A stretch of 64,000 bases of DNA from Myxococcales bacterium (lineage in GTDB: Bacteria > Myxococcota_A > Polyangia > Polyangiales > DASUME01): NCBI GenBank assembly GCA_047601445.1, contig JASGJH010000001.1, positions 8,256,001 to 8,320,000 on the forward strand, given 5' to 3'. The translations under genes and the position numbers were made by a program. This document shows, in pieces, positions 55,445 to 64,000 of this stretch; within the stretch, counting starts at the first letter, position 1; each line of letters opens with the position of its first letter. A model generated the notes under the pieces. The model was given only the letters and a program-made list of their open reading frames with translations, had not been told where the DNA came from and did not search any database.

Positions 55445-57400
55445 TCAGTGGTCGAGGCGTTCGCGCATGGTGCGCAGCAGCTGTTCGCACGAAAATGGCT
55501 TTTGCATGAAGTGCACGTCGATGTCCTTGGACAGTGGCTCGACGGATTCGCTGCGGTAGCCGCTGGTGCAGATGACCTTCAAGCTCGGTGACGCGGCGCT
55601 CAGCGAGCGTGCCAGCTCGAGCCCTGTCATCCCCTCGGGCAACACCATGTCGGTGACCAGCATGGCGATCTTGCCGTGCTGCTCGCGCCACAGGCGCAGC
55701 GCCTCGTGACCGTTGGCCGCCGAGAGCACGTGGTAGCCGTGTTGCTCGAGGACCCCATGTACCAGGCGACGCACGCCGCCTTCGTCTTCCACCAGGAGAA
55801 CCGTCTCATGGCCCGTGCCGAACTCCTTGGGTGGGGCACCGCCACGCGATAGCTGCTTGGGCGCGTTGGGATTCAAGGGCAGCATGATGGTGAAAGTCGT
55901 GCCCTGTCCGAGCTCGCTGGTCACCGCGATGGAACCCTTGTGCTGCTGGACGATGCCGAACACCGTGGCCAGGCCGAGTCCCGTTCCTTTGCCCTGCTCC
56001 TTGGTCGTGAAAAACGGCTCGAACACGCGTGGCAGCACGTCCACGGGGATGCCCACGCCGGTGTCGCTCACCTGGATCTGCACGTAGGCGCCCGGAGGCA
56101 GGCTCGGGTGCTCATCGACCACGAGCAGGTGCGTGGAGATGGAGAGCCGTCCACCGTGGGGCATGGCATCGCGGGCGTTGATGGCCAAATTCAGCATGAT
56201 CTGGTCGAGCATGCCGCGGTCTGCGTGCACCGAGAGAGAACCCGGGTGCAGCGAGAGCTCGAGCCGCACGTCTTCTCCGATCACGCGCGACAGCAGCTTG
56301 CTGGCCTCCACTACGAGCTCGTTCACGTCGAGATCGCGCGCCCGCATCACCTGGCGCCTCCCGAATAGGAGCAGCTGCTGAGTGAGGTTCGCCGCGCGAT
56401 CCGCAGCGTCCCGGATCTGGCCCAGGGACTCCTGGACGCGCAGGGGCAAATCCCTGGTGCGTTGGGCCGACTCGGCCTGCATTCCGATCACGGTCAGCAG
56501 ATTGTTGAAGTCGTGGGCCACGCCGCCCGCGAGCCGCCCGATGGCCTCCATCTTCTGAGATTGCCGGAACTGGTCTTCCAGGCTTTTCGCGTTCGTGATG
56601 TCCTCCACTACGCCGACGATTCGGATGGCGCGCCCCTGGCTGTCGCGCACCGGAAAGGCGCGGTCGTGCACCCAGCGGACCTGGCCGTCTGGACGCACCA
56701 CGCGGTACTCGACGTCGTAGCGACCGTCGACCTGATTGGCGACTTCGCGCAACACGCGTTCGCGGTCCTCCGCGTGCAGCGCGTTGAGCCAGGACGCCGG
56801 CTCCTGGATCAAGCTGCGACAGCTGCGCCCCCAGATGGTTTCATAGGCGGGGCTCACGTAGTGCATCTGACGTTTGTCGGGCGAGGCGATCCAGAGACAT
56901 TCACTGATGTTCTCGGCCAGCTCGCGAAAGCGCTCCTCACTGGATTGGGCGCGGTTCAGTCGTTCTTCGCTCTCGCACAGCGCTTGCTCGACCTGCTTGC
57001 GCGGGGTGACATCGGAGAGCGTGCCGAGGATCAGACGGACGCTGCCATCCGAATGTCGCGCCAGCACCCGCTCACGACCGTTGAAGTAGCGTGCCGAGCC
57101 ATCGCGGTGACGCAGCCGATGTTCTTCCTCGTGCACTTCTCCGTCGGCCATACCGCGCCAGTCCGTGAGCAGTCGTTCGAAGCGCGGGGCGTCCTCCGGG
57201 AGCACCAGCTCGCGCAGGTGCTCGATCGAGTCGAGCGGAGCTCCTTTCCCGTAGCCAAGGTGGGCCGGAATGGAGCGGTTCATGTAGTCGACGCTCATGG
57301 CGTCGAAGTCGAAGACATAAATCCAGGACGGCGATGCCTCCGCGATCGAGCGCAGGAAAAGCCCAGCTTCGAAGGGTGATCCTTGATCGAGCGTCACCAT
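55445..57400 (-). CDS. hybrid sensor histidine kinase (two PAS domains, HisKA, HATPase, receiver)
   Basis: [49 protein letters not shown]. Confidence 0.95.
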   Translation of the reverse strand: MVTLDQGSPFEAGLFLRSIAEASPSWIYVFDFDAMSVDYMNRSIPAHLGYGKGAPLDSIEHLRELVLPEDAPRFERLLTDWRGMADGEVHEEEHRLRHRDGSARYFNGRERVLARHSDGSVRLILGTLSDVTPRKQVEQALCESEERLNRAQSSEERFRELAENISECLWIASPDKRQMHYVSPAYETIWGRSCRSLIQEPASWLNALHAEDRERVLREVANQVDGRYDVEYRVVRPDGQVRWVHDRAFPVRDSQGRAIRIVGVVEDITNAKSLEDQFRQSQKMEAIGRLAGGVAHDFNNLLTVIGMQAESAQRTRDLPLRVQESLGQIRDAADRAANLTQQLLLFGRRQVMRARDLDVNELVVEASKLLSRVIGEDVRLELSLHPGSLSVHADRGMLDQIMLNLAINARDAMPHGGRLSISTHLLVVDEHPSLPPGAYVQIQVSDTGVGIPVDVLPRVFEPFFTTKEQGKGTGLGLATVFGIVQQHKGSIAVTSELGQGTTFTIMLPLNPNAPKQLSRGGAPPKEFGTGHETVLLVEDEGGVRRLVHGVLEQHGYHVLSAANGHEALRLWREQHGKIAMLVTDMVLPEGMTGLELARSLSAASPSLKVICTSGYRSESVEPLSKDIDVHFMQKPFSCEQLLRTMRERLDH

Positions 57401-57503
57401 CCTTCTCGATCATCACGTGGCCCGTTCGAGAGTCAAACGCCCAGCGCTCACGTCGGGCGCGCGCTCGCACGGCGAGGTGGGCTAGTCGAATGGCGGTGGG
57501 TGG

Positions 57504-59537
57504 CTAGTCGAAGGCGCTGGTCGGGAACACGAGGATCTCGCCCTGCTTGTTGCCCACGGCGACCTGACTTCCGTCGACGCTCAGGCGTGCGGTGCTCATG
57601 GCTGCGCCCGCGGGCGAAAGCGTCCTGGTGACACGCGTCTCGGGGTCGTAGAGCATGAGCTGGTGAGGGCCTGCGATTAGGACTTGCTTGGCGTCCGAGC
57701 TCGCGCTGATGGCGAGTACGGGTCCGTTCAGGCGCGGCAGCTCGTGCACGGGCTCGCTGGCTGGCGGCTGCCACACCATGCTGCGACCGGCGTTGTCCCC
57801 CGTGATCACGCCGCGCTGGGAGAGAAAGAGGGCCGCGCTCAGTGCGGACTCCGAGGGCGACTGCAGCTTCGTTACCTGCTCACGAGCCAGATCCACGAAC
57901 AAGAAGGCCGAAGACAGCGTACCGATCACGGCCTTGCGTCGATCGCTGCGCACCGCCAGCACCCCCGAAGGCTCGAGCGGCAGATCCATGCTGTCGCTCC
58001 GGTGCCCGAGCTCCGAGAAGGTCAACACTTGACGGTCGGCGGTGACCACCACGACCCCGAGGTCGAGAGAGCCCGCGAAGGCGATGGCGCTCTCGAGTTT
58101 CTCCGATCCCACCGAGACGCCGCTCATCAAGGACCACTGTGTTAGTACGCCCTGGGAGGTCTTGGTGAGGGCGTAGCTGCTGGCACCGAAGTATGCGCGC
58201 TCGACGTTGCCCGCGGGCAGAGTGCGTAGCTCGGTGCGCGACTCCGGGTTCCAGACGCGGACGCGGCCCGACTCGGCGCTGAAGGTGGTGATCAACTTGC
58301 GGTCGATGCTGAAGCTCAGCATGTGAATGGCGGTGTCCGGGGACTCGGCGCGAAAGCGCAGGCTGGGCTCATGCACACGCCCCGCGTGAGCCCGCTCCGG
58401 CTGATGGGGCTCACTCTCCTCGCCGAACCACGACAGCGATGCGGCCGCGGCTCCCAGCACGGTGTGGCGCGGTGCGGCCAGCTGGAGTCCCCAGATGCCG
58501 AAGGCCAGCGCCAGCATCGCGCCCACGCTGAACCAGGCGAGCTGACGTCGGCGGGACGGGATGGGCGGAGCGTGCACGCTGGGTTGGGCCTGCACGGCCG
58601 CATCCGCGTGGGAGGGGCCGATGCGAATCGGGAGTGTGGCCTCGACGGCTTCGTCCCCCGACAGCGCCATGCTCGAATCGATGCAGGCCAGGGCCCGCTG
58701 AGCGCGCGCGCTGCCGTAGTGGGCGATGGCGCGCGCGAAGGCGCCGGCGCTCTGGTAGCGCCGCTGGGGGTTGCGCTCGAGGCAACGCAGCACCGCGAGG
58801 CGCAGGTTTTCGTCGAGCTCGGGCAAGTCCTCGGGCGTGGGCGGGTCGCCCGTGAGGATCGCCGCGCACAGACCCGGCATGCTGTCGGCGTGAAAGGGCG
58901 GACGCCCTGCGAGCAGCTCGAAGGCGACCACGCCGAGGGACCACAGGTCCGAGCGCGGGCTGGTGTTGCGCAGGGAGAGCAGCTGCTCGGGCGCCATGTA
59001 GGCCGGGGTGCCCAGCAGTGCATTGGTGATGGTGATGGTGCGGGCGTCCTCGAGCTTGGCGATGCCGAAGTCCACCACTTTCACCTGGGGGATCGACGCC
59101 ATGCTCAGGAACATGTTCTCGGGCTTGAGGTCACGGTGCACTACGCCCGCCTGATGCGCCGCCACCAGGGCCGCCGCCGCTTCCACGATGATGTCCACGC
59201 ACTCCTCGCGTGGCACGGGCCCACGCTCCATACGGTCGCGCAGGGTCTCGCCCTGCAGCAGGTCCATCACGATGAACAGCGTGCCGTCGGCCAGCCGGTC
59301 CACGTCATAGACGCTGACCACGTAGGGGTTGTTGATGCGGGCGGTGGCCACCACCTCGCGCCCGAAGCGCTCCACGATGTCGCGTTCTCCGCTGAGCTCG
59401 GGCCGCAGCACCTTGATGGCGACCTGGCGGTTCATCGACAGATGGGTGGCCGCGTAGACGTTGCCCATGCCGCCCTGTCCGATGGCGTACTCGACCCTGT
59501 ATTTGTTGAGCAGGACGGTAGGTGCTGCGAGTTCCAT
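57504..59537 (-). CDS. Ser/Thr protein kinase with TM helix and WD40-like C-terminus
   Basis: IGQGGMGNVY, VAIK, HRDLKPEN, DFG, GTPAYMAPE. Confidence 0.93.
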   Translation of the reverse strand: MELAAPTVLLNKYRVEYAIGQGGMGNVYAATHLSMNRQVAIKVLRPELSGERDIVERFGREVVATARINNPYVVSVYDVDRLADGTLFIVMDLLQGETLRDRMERGPVPREECVDIIVEAAAALVAAHQAGVVHRDLKPENMFLSMASIPQVKVVDFGIAKLEDARTITITNALLGTPAYMAPEQLLSLRNTSPRSDLWSLGVVAFELLAGRPPFHADSMPGLCAAILTGDPPTPEDLPELDENLRLAVLRCLERNPQRRYQSAGAFARAIAHYGSARAQRALACIDSSMALSGDEAVEATLPIRIGPSHADAAVQAQPSVHAPPIPSRRRQLAWFSVGAMLALAFGIWGLQLAAPRHTVLGAAAASLSWFGEESEPHQPERAHAGRVHEPSLRFRAESPDTAIHMLSFSIDRKLITTFSAESGRVRVWNPESRTELRTLPAGNVERAYFGASSYALTKTSQGVLTQWSLMSGVSVGSEKLESAIAFAGSLDLGVVVVTADRQVLTFSELGHRSDSMDLPLEPSGVLAVRSDRRKAVIGTLSSAFLFVDLAREQVTKLQSPSESALSAALFLSQRGVITGDNAGRSMVWQPPASEPVHELPRLNGPVLAISASSDAKQVLIAGPHQLMLYDPETRVTRTLSPAGAAMSTARLSVDGSQVAVGNKQGEILVFPTSAFD

Positions 59538-59721
59538 CGTGTCGACTCCGGGGGGCGAACTGAAGCCGGAGCAGAGCAAGAACGAGTCCACTTTCGCACA
59601 CTGAAAAGCGCTGCAGTTTCGTGAGGCATCCGCCACCACGCGGGCAAGAACGCTACACAACGATGCAAGACGTCCCAACCGGCCTGCGGAGCGGGTATTG
59701 GGCGACCTCGCGAACTTGGTT

Positions 59722-60093
59722 CTAGGCGCTGGGCGGAGCGCCTTCACCGTCGACGGGCGCTACCTCGTACAGACCCAGGGCGCGTGAGGCGGTGACCCGA
59801 ATGCGCATGGCGATGTCTTGGTCGGCCTCGGCGATGTCGTGGGCCAGGGCGATCACGTCGGTGAGCGCCGAGCGCGCCGCGCGCAGCTCGCCGAGCAGCC
59901 AGCGCACGTCTTGAACGCCGACCTCGGCCTCCGCCGCGATCACCCGCTCCACGTCGCGCGAGCGCCACTCGACCAACACGCTCTTGGAGGGCAGAAAGCC
60001 CGCGCCGCCACAATCAGGACAATCCACGGCGCCGTAGTCGGTGGGCAGCTCCCCCGAACCCGCGCAACTCGCACAAATCGGACCCTTGGCCAT
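59722..60093 (-). CDS. hypothetical protein with a DnaJ-type CxxCxGxG zinc-finger pair
   Basis: CASCAGSG and CPDCGGAG. Confidence 0.7.
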   Translation of the reverse strand: MAKGPICASCAGSGELPTDYGAVDCPDCGGAGFLPSKSVLVEWRSRDVERVIAAEAEVGVQDVRWLLGELRAARSALTDVIALAHDIAEADQDIAMRIRVTASRALGLYEVAPVDGEGAPPSA

Positions 60094-60233
60094 GCGCGCT
60101 ACATAACATGGGGTAGCCAAAGCCTGCGAGCGATTCACGTGGGCCAAGAGTGCTCGATACCCTCTCGCAGGGGCCGCCGACCCGAAGGCGCCCGATCCAG
60201 GTGCCACCCCGAGCTCACGCCCGGGGGCCCTGC

Positions 60234-62423
60234 TCACTGGAGGACGAGCTCGCAGTCCGGATCGTTATCGTCGACCAGCTTGTCGCAGTCGTCGTCGATG
60301 CCGTTGTAACAGTCTTCGAAGGCGCTGGCGTTGCAGCCGCAGTCGACGTCGTCGCCATCGATCTTGCCGTCGCAGTCGTCGTCCAGGCCGTCCTTGCACT
60401 TGGTCTCGGTGGCCGCGCAGTTGCAGCCGTCGTCGATGGTGCCGTCACAGTCGTCATCGACGTTGTTGCCGCACACCTCGGTCATGGGAGTGCAGCAGTC
60501 CTCGTCCACGATGGCGTCGCAGTCATTGTCGAGGCCGTCGCAGATCTCGATGAACGAGGGGCAGATGGCCTCGGTGTCGATGGCCCAGAATGCGCGGTGG
60601 TTGCCCTCGTCCAGTTGCTGGAACGGCATCCAGAAGCCAGCGAAGCTCGGGTCCTGGCCAGGCTGGCCGATCAGGTCGGGTTCGATGGCCGCGCCCCAGA
60701 GTTGGTCGCGCCCAGCGCCGACCAGCACGTCGCCGTAGTCGCGGATGGAGGAGAACGCCAACCAGAAGGTGCCCGGGGTGTTGCTGGGAGCCCAGGTCGG
60801 CATCGAGTTGCCGATGCCGGTGATGCCGTCCTGGTGCCGCACGCGCTCGTTCAGGCGCGTGATCGCGATGGGATCGCTGCCGCCCGCCGCAGGGGTAAGC
60901 CAGAGCTGAGAGGTCTTGTTGTCCTTCGAGGCTCCCACGCCGCGCACGAAGGCGATGTGCTTGCTGTCGGGCGAATAGCTCGGAAAGTACAGGCTGTCCG
61001 TGCTGCTCTTGCTCGCCACGATCACTTCGGGAGTGCCGAAGCCGTCGTTTGCCAGCACCGGAATGCGCGCGATGCTGGTGCCCTGCACGTGCTTGTTGTC
61101 GGGCGCCTTGCCGTCTACCTGGTAGGAGACCGCCACGTACTTGCCGTCCGGAGACCAATCCGGATGCGAAGCGAAGGCCTTGGCAGGCAGTGTCACGTTC
61201 TTGATCTTGGCGCCGGTCTGCGCGTCGAGCAGCGTGAGTACGCCCTTGTTGGCGAATAGGAGCCGCGAAGCTTCCGGGTTATAGGTGCCGAAGCCGTAGG
61301 CGTAGGTGCTGTTGTCGGCGGGGTTGACCGAGATCTCGAGCGTCCGGTCCGGAATGCTCACCTGACGCAGCTTCTCGCCGCCGTAGCCACCCACCAGATG
61401 TTTGCCGTTGCGCGAGACCGTGTGACAGGACACGCAGGTCTTGTCGCCGCTTTCCGGGTCCGTATAGAACTTGCTGGCGATCGGAGAAGACAGCGTGGCG
61501 CGCATCACGCCCGCGGCGCCGGTGGACCAGTAGTAGAGGGCGCCCAGCACTTCGGACTCCGAGAAGTACAGAGTCACGGGCTGCGAGCGGTGAACGGTGG
61601 CGGGGGAGGCCGTGGAGAGGCCGCGCACCGTCAGCGTGAGACTCGACCCTGCATGGGTGTCGGCGAGCCAGTGCCAAACATCGGCGCTGGGGAGCCAGGC
61701 CTTGCTGTTGGTGTAGTAGCGCACGGACGCCACCGCGCTGTCGAAGCGCACCTCGAACAAGTCGAGGCTCGCTCCGGCACGCCACTGGTAGTTCACGCGC
61801 TCGAGGTTGCGCGGAAACATGGTCTCGTTGCTGGGATAGACCACCAGAGGCGAAGCAGGCTGTCCGGTCAGGTCGCCCGACGTGTCCGCCGGGAAGAGGT
61901 CTGCCGCTCCTGCCGGCGCGTTCGGGTCTGAAAGCTGTGCCTGCAGCACGACCTGGACTTGAGCCGTCGCTTCCGCGCCGCCCAAGGTTGCCTTGAGCGT
62001 GCCTGAACCGCCGTGATTGCGCGTGGAGAGCGTACCGCTGGAGATCTGCGCGAGGTCGCCCGGATTCAGGCTCAAGATCACCTGGCTGGTGACGTCGCGC
62101 TCCTGGCCGCCGAAGGTCCCGTAGACGTGCACCGTCGCGGTCTCACCGGGGCTGATGCCGTTGTCGATGATCTGGATGCTGGAAGGGTCGATGCGCAGTG
62201 CCGAGGCGATCTGATCACCGGCGTCCACGTCTCCTTGGTCGCCATCACCACCACCGAGATCGCCGTCCCCATCACCGGCCGTGTTTCCGCCATCGTTGCC
62301 GCCGGCATCCGCATACGGGTCGTCGTCGTCGGTCGACCCGTGTTCCTTCCCACCGTCTCCACTACACGCGACGAACAACATCATCAGCGCAACAGTCGCG
62401 CTGCCCCCACCCAATTTCTTCAT
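60234..62423 (-). CDS. lipoprotein with TolB-like beta-propeller, CxxCH and four C-terminal Cys/Asp repeats
   Basis: FVAC; CVSCH; HPDWSPDGK, PSYSPDSK; E.CdG.DDDCDG.vDe repeats; true start taken as ATG 62423. Confidence 0.82.
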   Translation of the reverse strand: MKKLGGGSATVALMMLFVACSGDGGKEHGSTDDDDPYADAGGNDGGNTAGDGDGDLGGGDGDQGDVDAGDQIASALRIDPSSIQIIDNGISPGETATVHVYGTFGGQERDVTSQVILSLNPGDLAQISSGTLSTRNHGGSGTLKATLGGAEATAQVQVVLQAQLSDPNAPAGAADLFPADTSGDLTGQPASPLVVYPSNETMFPRNLERVNYQWRAGASLDLFEVRFDSAVASVRYYTNSKAWLPSADVWHWLADTHAGSSLTLTVRGLSTASPATVHRSQPVTLYFSESEVLGALYYWSTGAAGVMRATLSSPIASKFYTDPESGDKTCVSCHTVSRNGKHLVGGYGGEKLRQVSIPDRTLEISVNPADNSTYAYGFGTYNPEASRLLFANKGVLTLLDAQTGAKIKNVTLPAKAFASHPDWSPDGKYVAVSYQVDGKAPDNKHVQGTSIARIPVLANDGFGTPEVIVASKSSTDSLYFPSYSPDSKHIAFVRGVGASKDNKTSQLWLTPAAGGSDPIAITRLNERVRHQDGITGIGNSMPTWAPSNTPGTFWLAFSSIRDYGDVLVGAGRDQLWGAAIEPDLIGQPGQDPSFAGFWMPFQQLDEGNHRAFWAIDTEAICPSFIEICDGLDNDCDAIVDEDCCTPMTEVCGNNVDDDCDGTIDDGCNCAATETKCKDGLDDDCDGKIDGDDVDCGCNASAFEDCYNGIDDDCDKLVDDNDPDCELVLQ

Positions 62424-62578
62424 GGTGCAATGGTTCTGGGATTGGGCAGTTTGGTTGAAAGAAACGCGCAGGACTGTCTCGGCCCATACGAGGTTCGAGG
62501 GGCACACCTTCACCCAGCGGAGGGGCAAGGCACGTATGTGCGCCAGCCTCTCACCCCGCAGGAGTGCGCACCTTCTCC

Positions 62579-62674
62579 TCTGGGTCGTACGCGTGCCCGT
62601 GCCCGTGCCCGTAAACGACTCTGCGGCGGCAGGGCGTGACACGCGTACGGGCACGGGCACGCGTACGACCCAGA
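62579..62674. repeat. perfect 28-bp inverted repeat containing GTGCCC hexamers
   Basis: 62579-62606 is the reverse complement of 62647-62674. Confidence 0.85.
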
Positions 62675-62804
62675 CCACGCGAGTCTCGCGTGAACGCTGC
62701 GTCCCACCACGACAGGGACGTCTGTGCCCTTTCATTCGCGGAGCCCGTGTGCATCTCGCTGGCCTGGACGCCACGCGCCAAGCCACATGGAAGGAAATGC
62801 CGTC

Positions 62805-63320
62805 ATGCCGACTCACATCGAAAAAGCCGCATCCAAGGTCATGGGGACCGCCAAGCAGGCCAAGGGCACGCTCGAAGGCCTCAAGGGCGTGTTCAAGACG
62901 TTGATGAAGGAACACGGTGAAGCGACCGCGCTCCTGTGGCGGGTGAAGGGGAGCGACGACCCCGAGACCAAGGCGCGCCTCTGGCCCACCATCCGCAGGG
63001 AACTGCTCGCCCACGAGCAGGGCGAACTGGCGATCGTCTATCCGGTCTACGCGGAGTATCCCGAGACCCGTAAGCTCGCCGTCCGTCACAATCAAGAGGC
63101 GGAGCGCCTGGCCTCGATGATCGGTCGAATCGACAAGCTGAATCCGCGCGATGAAGCCTTCACCGAGCTGTTCGAGCAGCTCGCGATGATGGTGAACGAG
63201 CACGTGGAGGAAGAGGAAGGGGAGATTTTTCCGGCCGGCCAGAAGACGTTCGGCGAACAAGCCGAAGAGCTCGACAAGGCCTACCTCAGCAAGAAGCAGG
63301 CGATCATGGGGAAGGACTAG
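62805..63320 (+). CDS. hemerythrin-like (HHE) domain protein
   Basis: KEH, LLAHEQGE..IVYP, RHNQE, EHVEEEEGEIFP. Confidence 0.82.
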   Translation: MPTHIEKAASKVMGTAKQAKGTLEGLKGVFKTLMKEHGEATALLWRVKGSDDPETKARLWPTIRRELLAHEQGELAIVYPVYAEYPETRKLAVRHNQEAERLASMIGRIDKLNPRDEAFTELFEQLAMMVNEHVEEEEGEIFPAGQKTFGEQAEELDKAYLSKKQAIMGKD

Positions 63321-63441
63321 CCCTCCTCTCTACGTCGCGTGCGCGACTGCATCATGCTCGCGAAGGTCTTCTGGGCCTGCGAGCGCACGCGATTCGCTCA
63401 CCAGCGCATCGAACTGGCGAGCGCGGCCCAGGCAAAACGCC

Positions 63442-63846
63442 TCAGGGCTGCGTGGGATGGGTCGGGATGCCCTCGGGAATGGGCGCCCAGGGCTGCTTGG
63501 AGCGGGTCCAGGTGTGCATCTTGGGCTGGAGCCAGGAGGTGTCGTCGAGTGTTCCGGCACGCACGTTGACCACGGGCATCGCGTAGCTTGGCTGGTGGTA
63601 GATGCGCGTTCCGCATTCGGGGCAGAAGTAGCAGCGCAGGGGCCGCCCGCTGTCCGAGGAGCGCTCGAACAACTTGAGCTCACCCTCGTAAGAAAAGCCT
63701 TGCTCGGGGACCATCAAGCTCAGGCTGAACGCGCTGCCTGATGCACGCTGACACTCCTTGCAATGACAGGCTGCGAGGAACAACGGTTCGACCGAGATGC
63801 GATAGCGAACTCGGCCGCACTGACATCCACCTTCTCGTTGGGTCAT
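63442..63846 (-). CDS. GFA (glutathione-dependent formaldehyde-activating) family protein
   Basis: GGCQCG.VRY, CHCKECQRASG, FCPECGT, GTLDD. Confidence 0.92.
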   Translation of the reverse strand: MTQREGGCQCGRVRYRISVEPLFLAACHCKECQRASGSAFSLSLMVPEQGFSYEGELKLFERSSDSGRPLRCYFCPECGTRIYHQPSYAMPVVNVRAGTLDDTSWLQPKMHTWTRSKQPWAPIPEGIPTHPTQP

Positions 63847-63897
63847 CGGCGAAAGCTAACCCGAACGCTGCCTCCGCCCAAGGGTGAATGCGAGCGC

Positions 63898-64000
63898 TCA
63901 ACCCTCACGCTCGGCGCGCCAGTTGTCGAGTCGCGCGCGGATTTCGTCGCGTGCGCGACGAAACCGCTCGATCAGTTGGTGCCGGGTGAGTGTCGGATCC
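63898..64000 (-). CDS. partial C-terminus, probably an LMW-PTP-type arsenate reductase
   Basis: ...DPTLTRHQLIERFRRARDEIRARLDNWRAEREG*; FRxARDEI is typical of ArsC C-termini; truncated by the window edge. Confidence 0.5.
   Translation of the reverse strand, partial: DPTLTRHQLIERFRRARDEIRARLDNWRAEREG

Noticed and set aside
62424..63260. N-terminal 279 aa of the 1008-aa ORF
   Set aside because: Antisense to the hemerythrin gene and crosses a palindrome; the lipoprotein signal starts at 62423

Overview
High-GC bacterial chromosomal DNA that looks like Myxococcota, probably Polyangiales-like (inferred from many lipoproteins with GDGDGD/DAG linkers, Cys-rich surface proteins, a TraB-like OmpA, and an ECF/FecR module). 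It carries about 55 CDSs, a tRNA-Arg(UCU), leuA with an unannotated Leu-codon leader peptide, and a structured ~80-bp REP-like repeat at six loci, one of them a 101-bp tandem array that is not a CRISPR. The standout locus is 15820-22366. A sigma54-type promoter precedes five tandem 62-66 aa double-glycine precursor genes, followed by two membrane-fusion adaptors and an intact C39-peptidase ABC transporter, with no modifying enzyme nearby. The cores are conserved rather than hypervariable, mostly anionic, hydrophobic and Pro/Arg-free, with seven invariant Asn and three internal repeats. I infer a type I-secreted functional amyloid or surface-coat system reminiscent of chaplins/rodlins, rather than a typical bacteriocin or RiPP. 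All product calls come from reading motifs by eye; no database searches were run.
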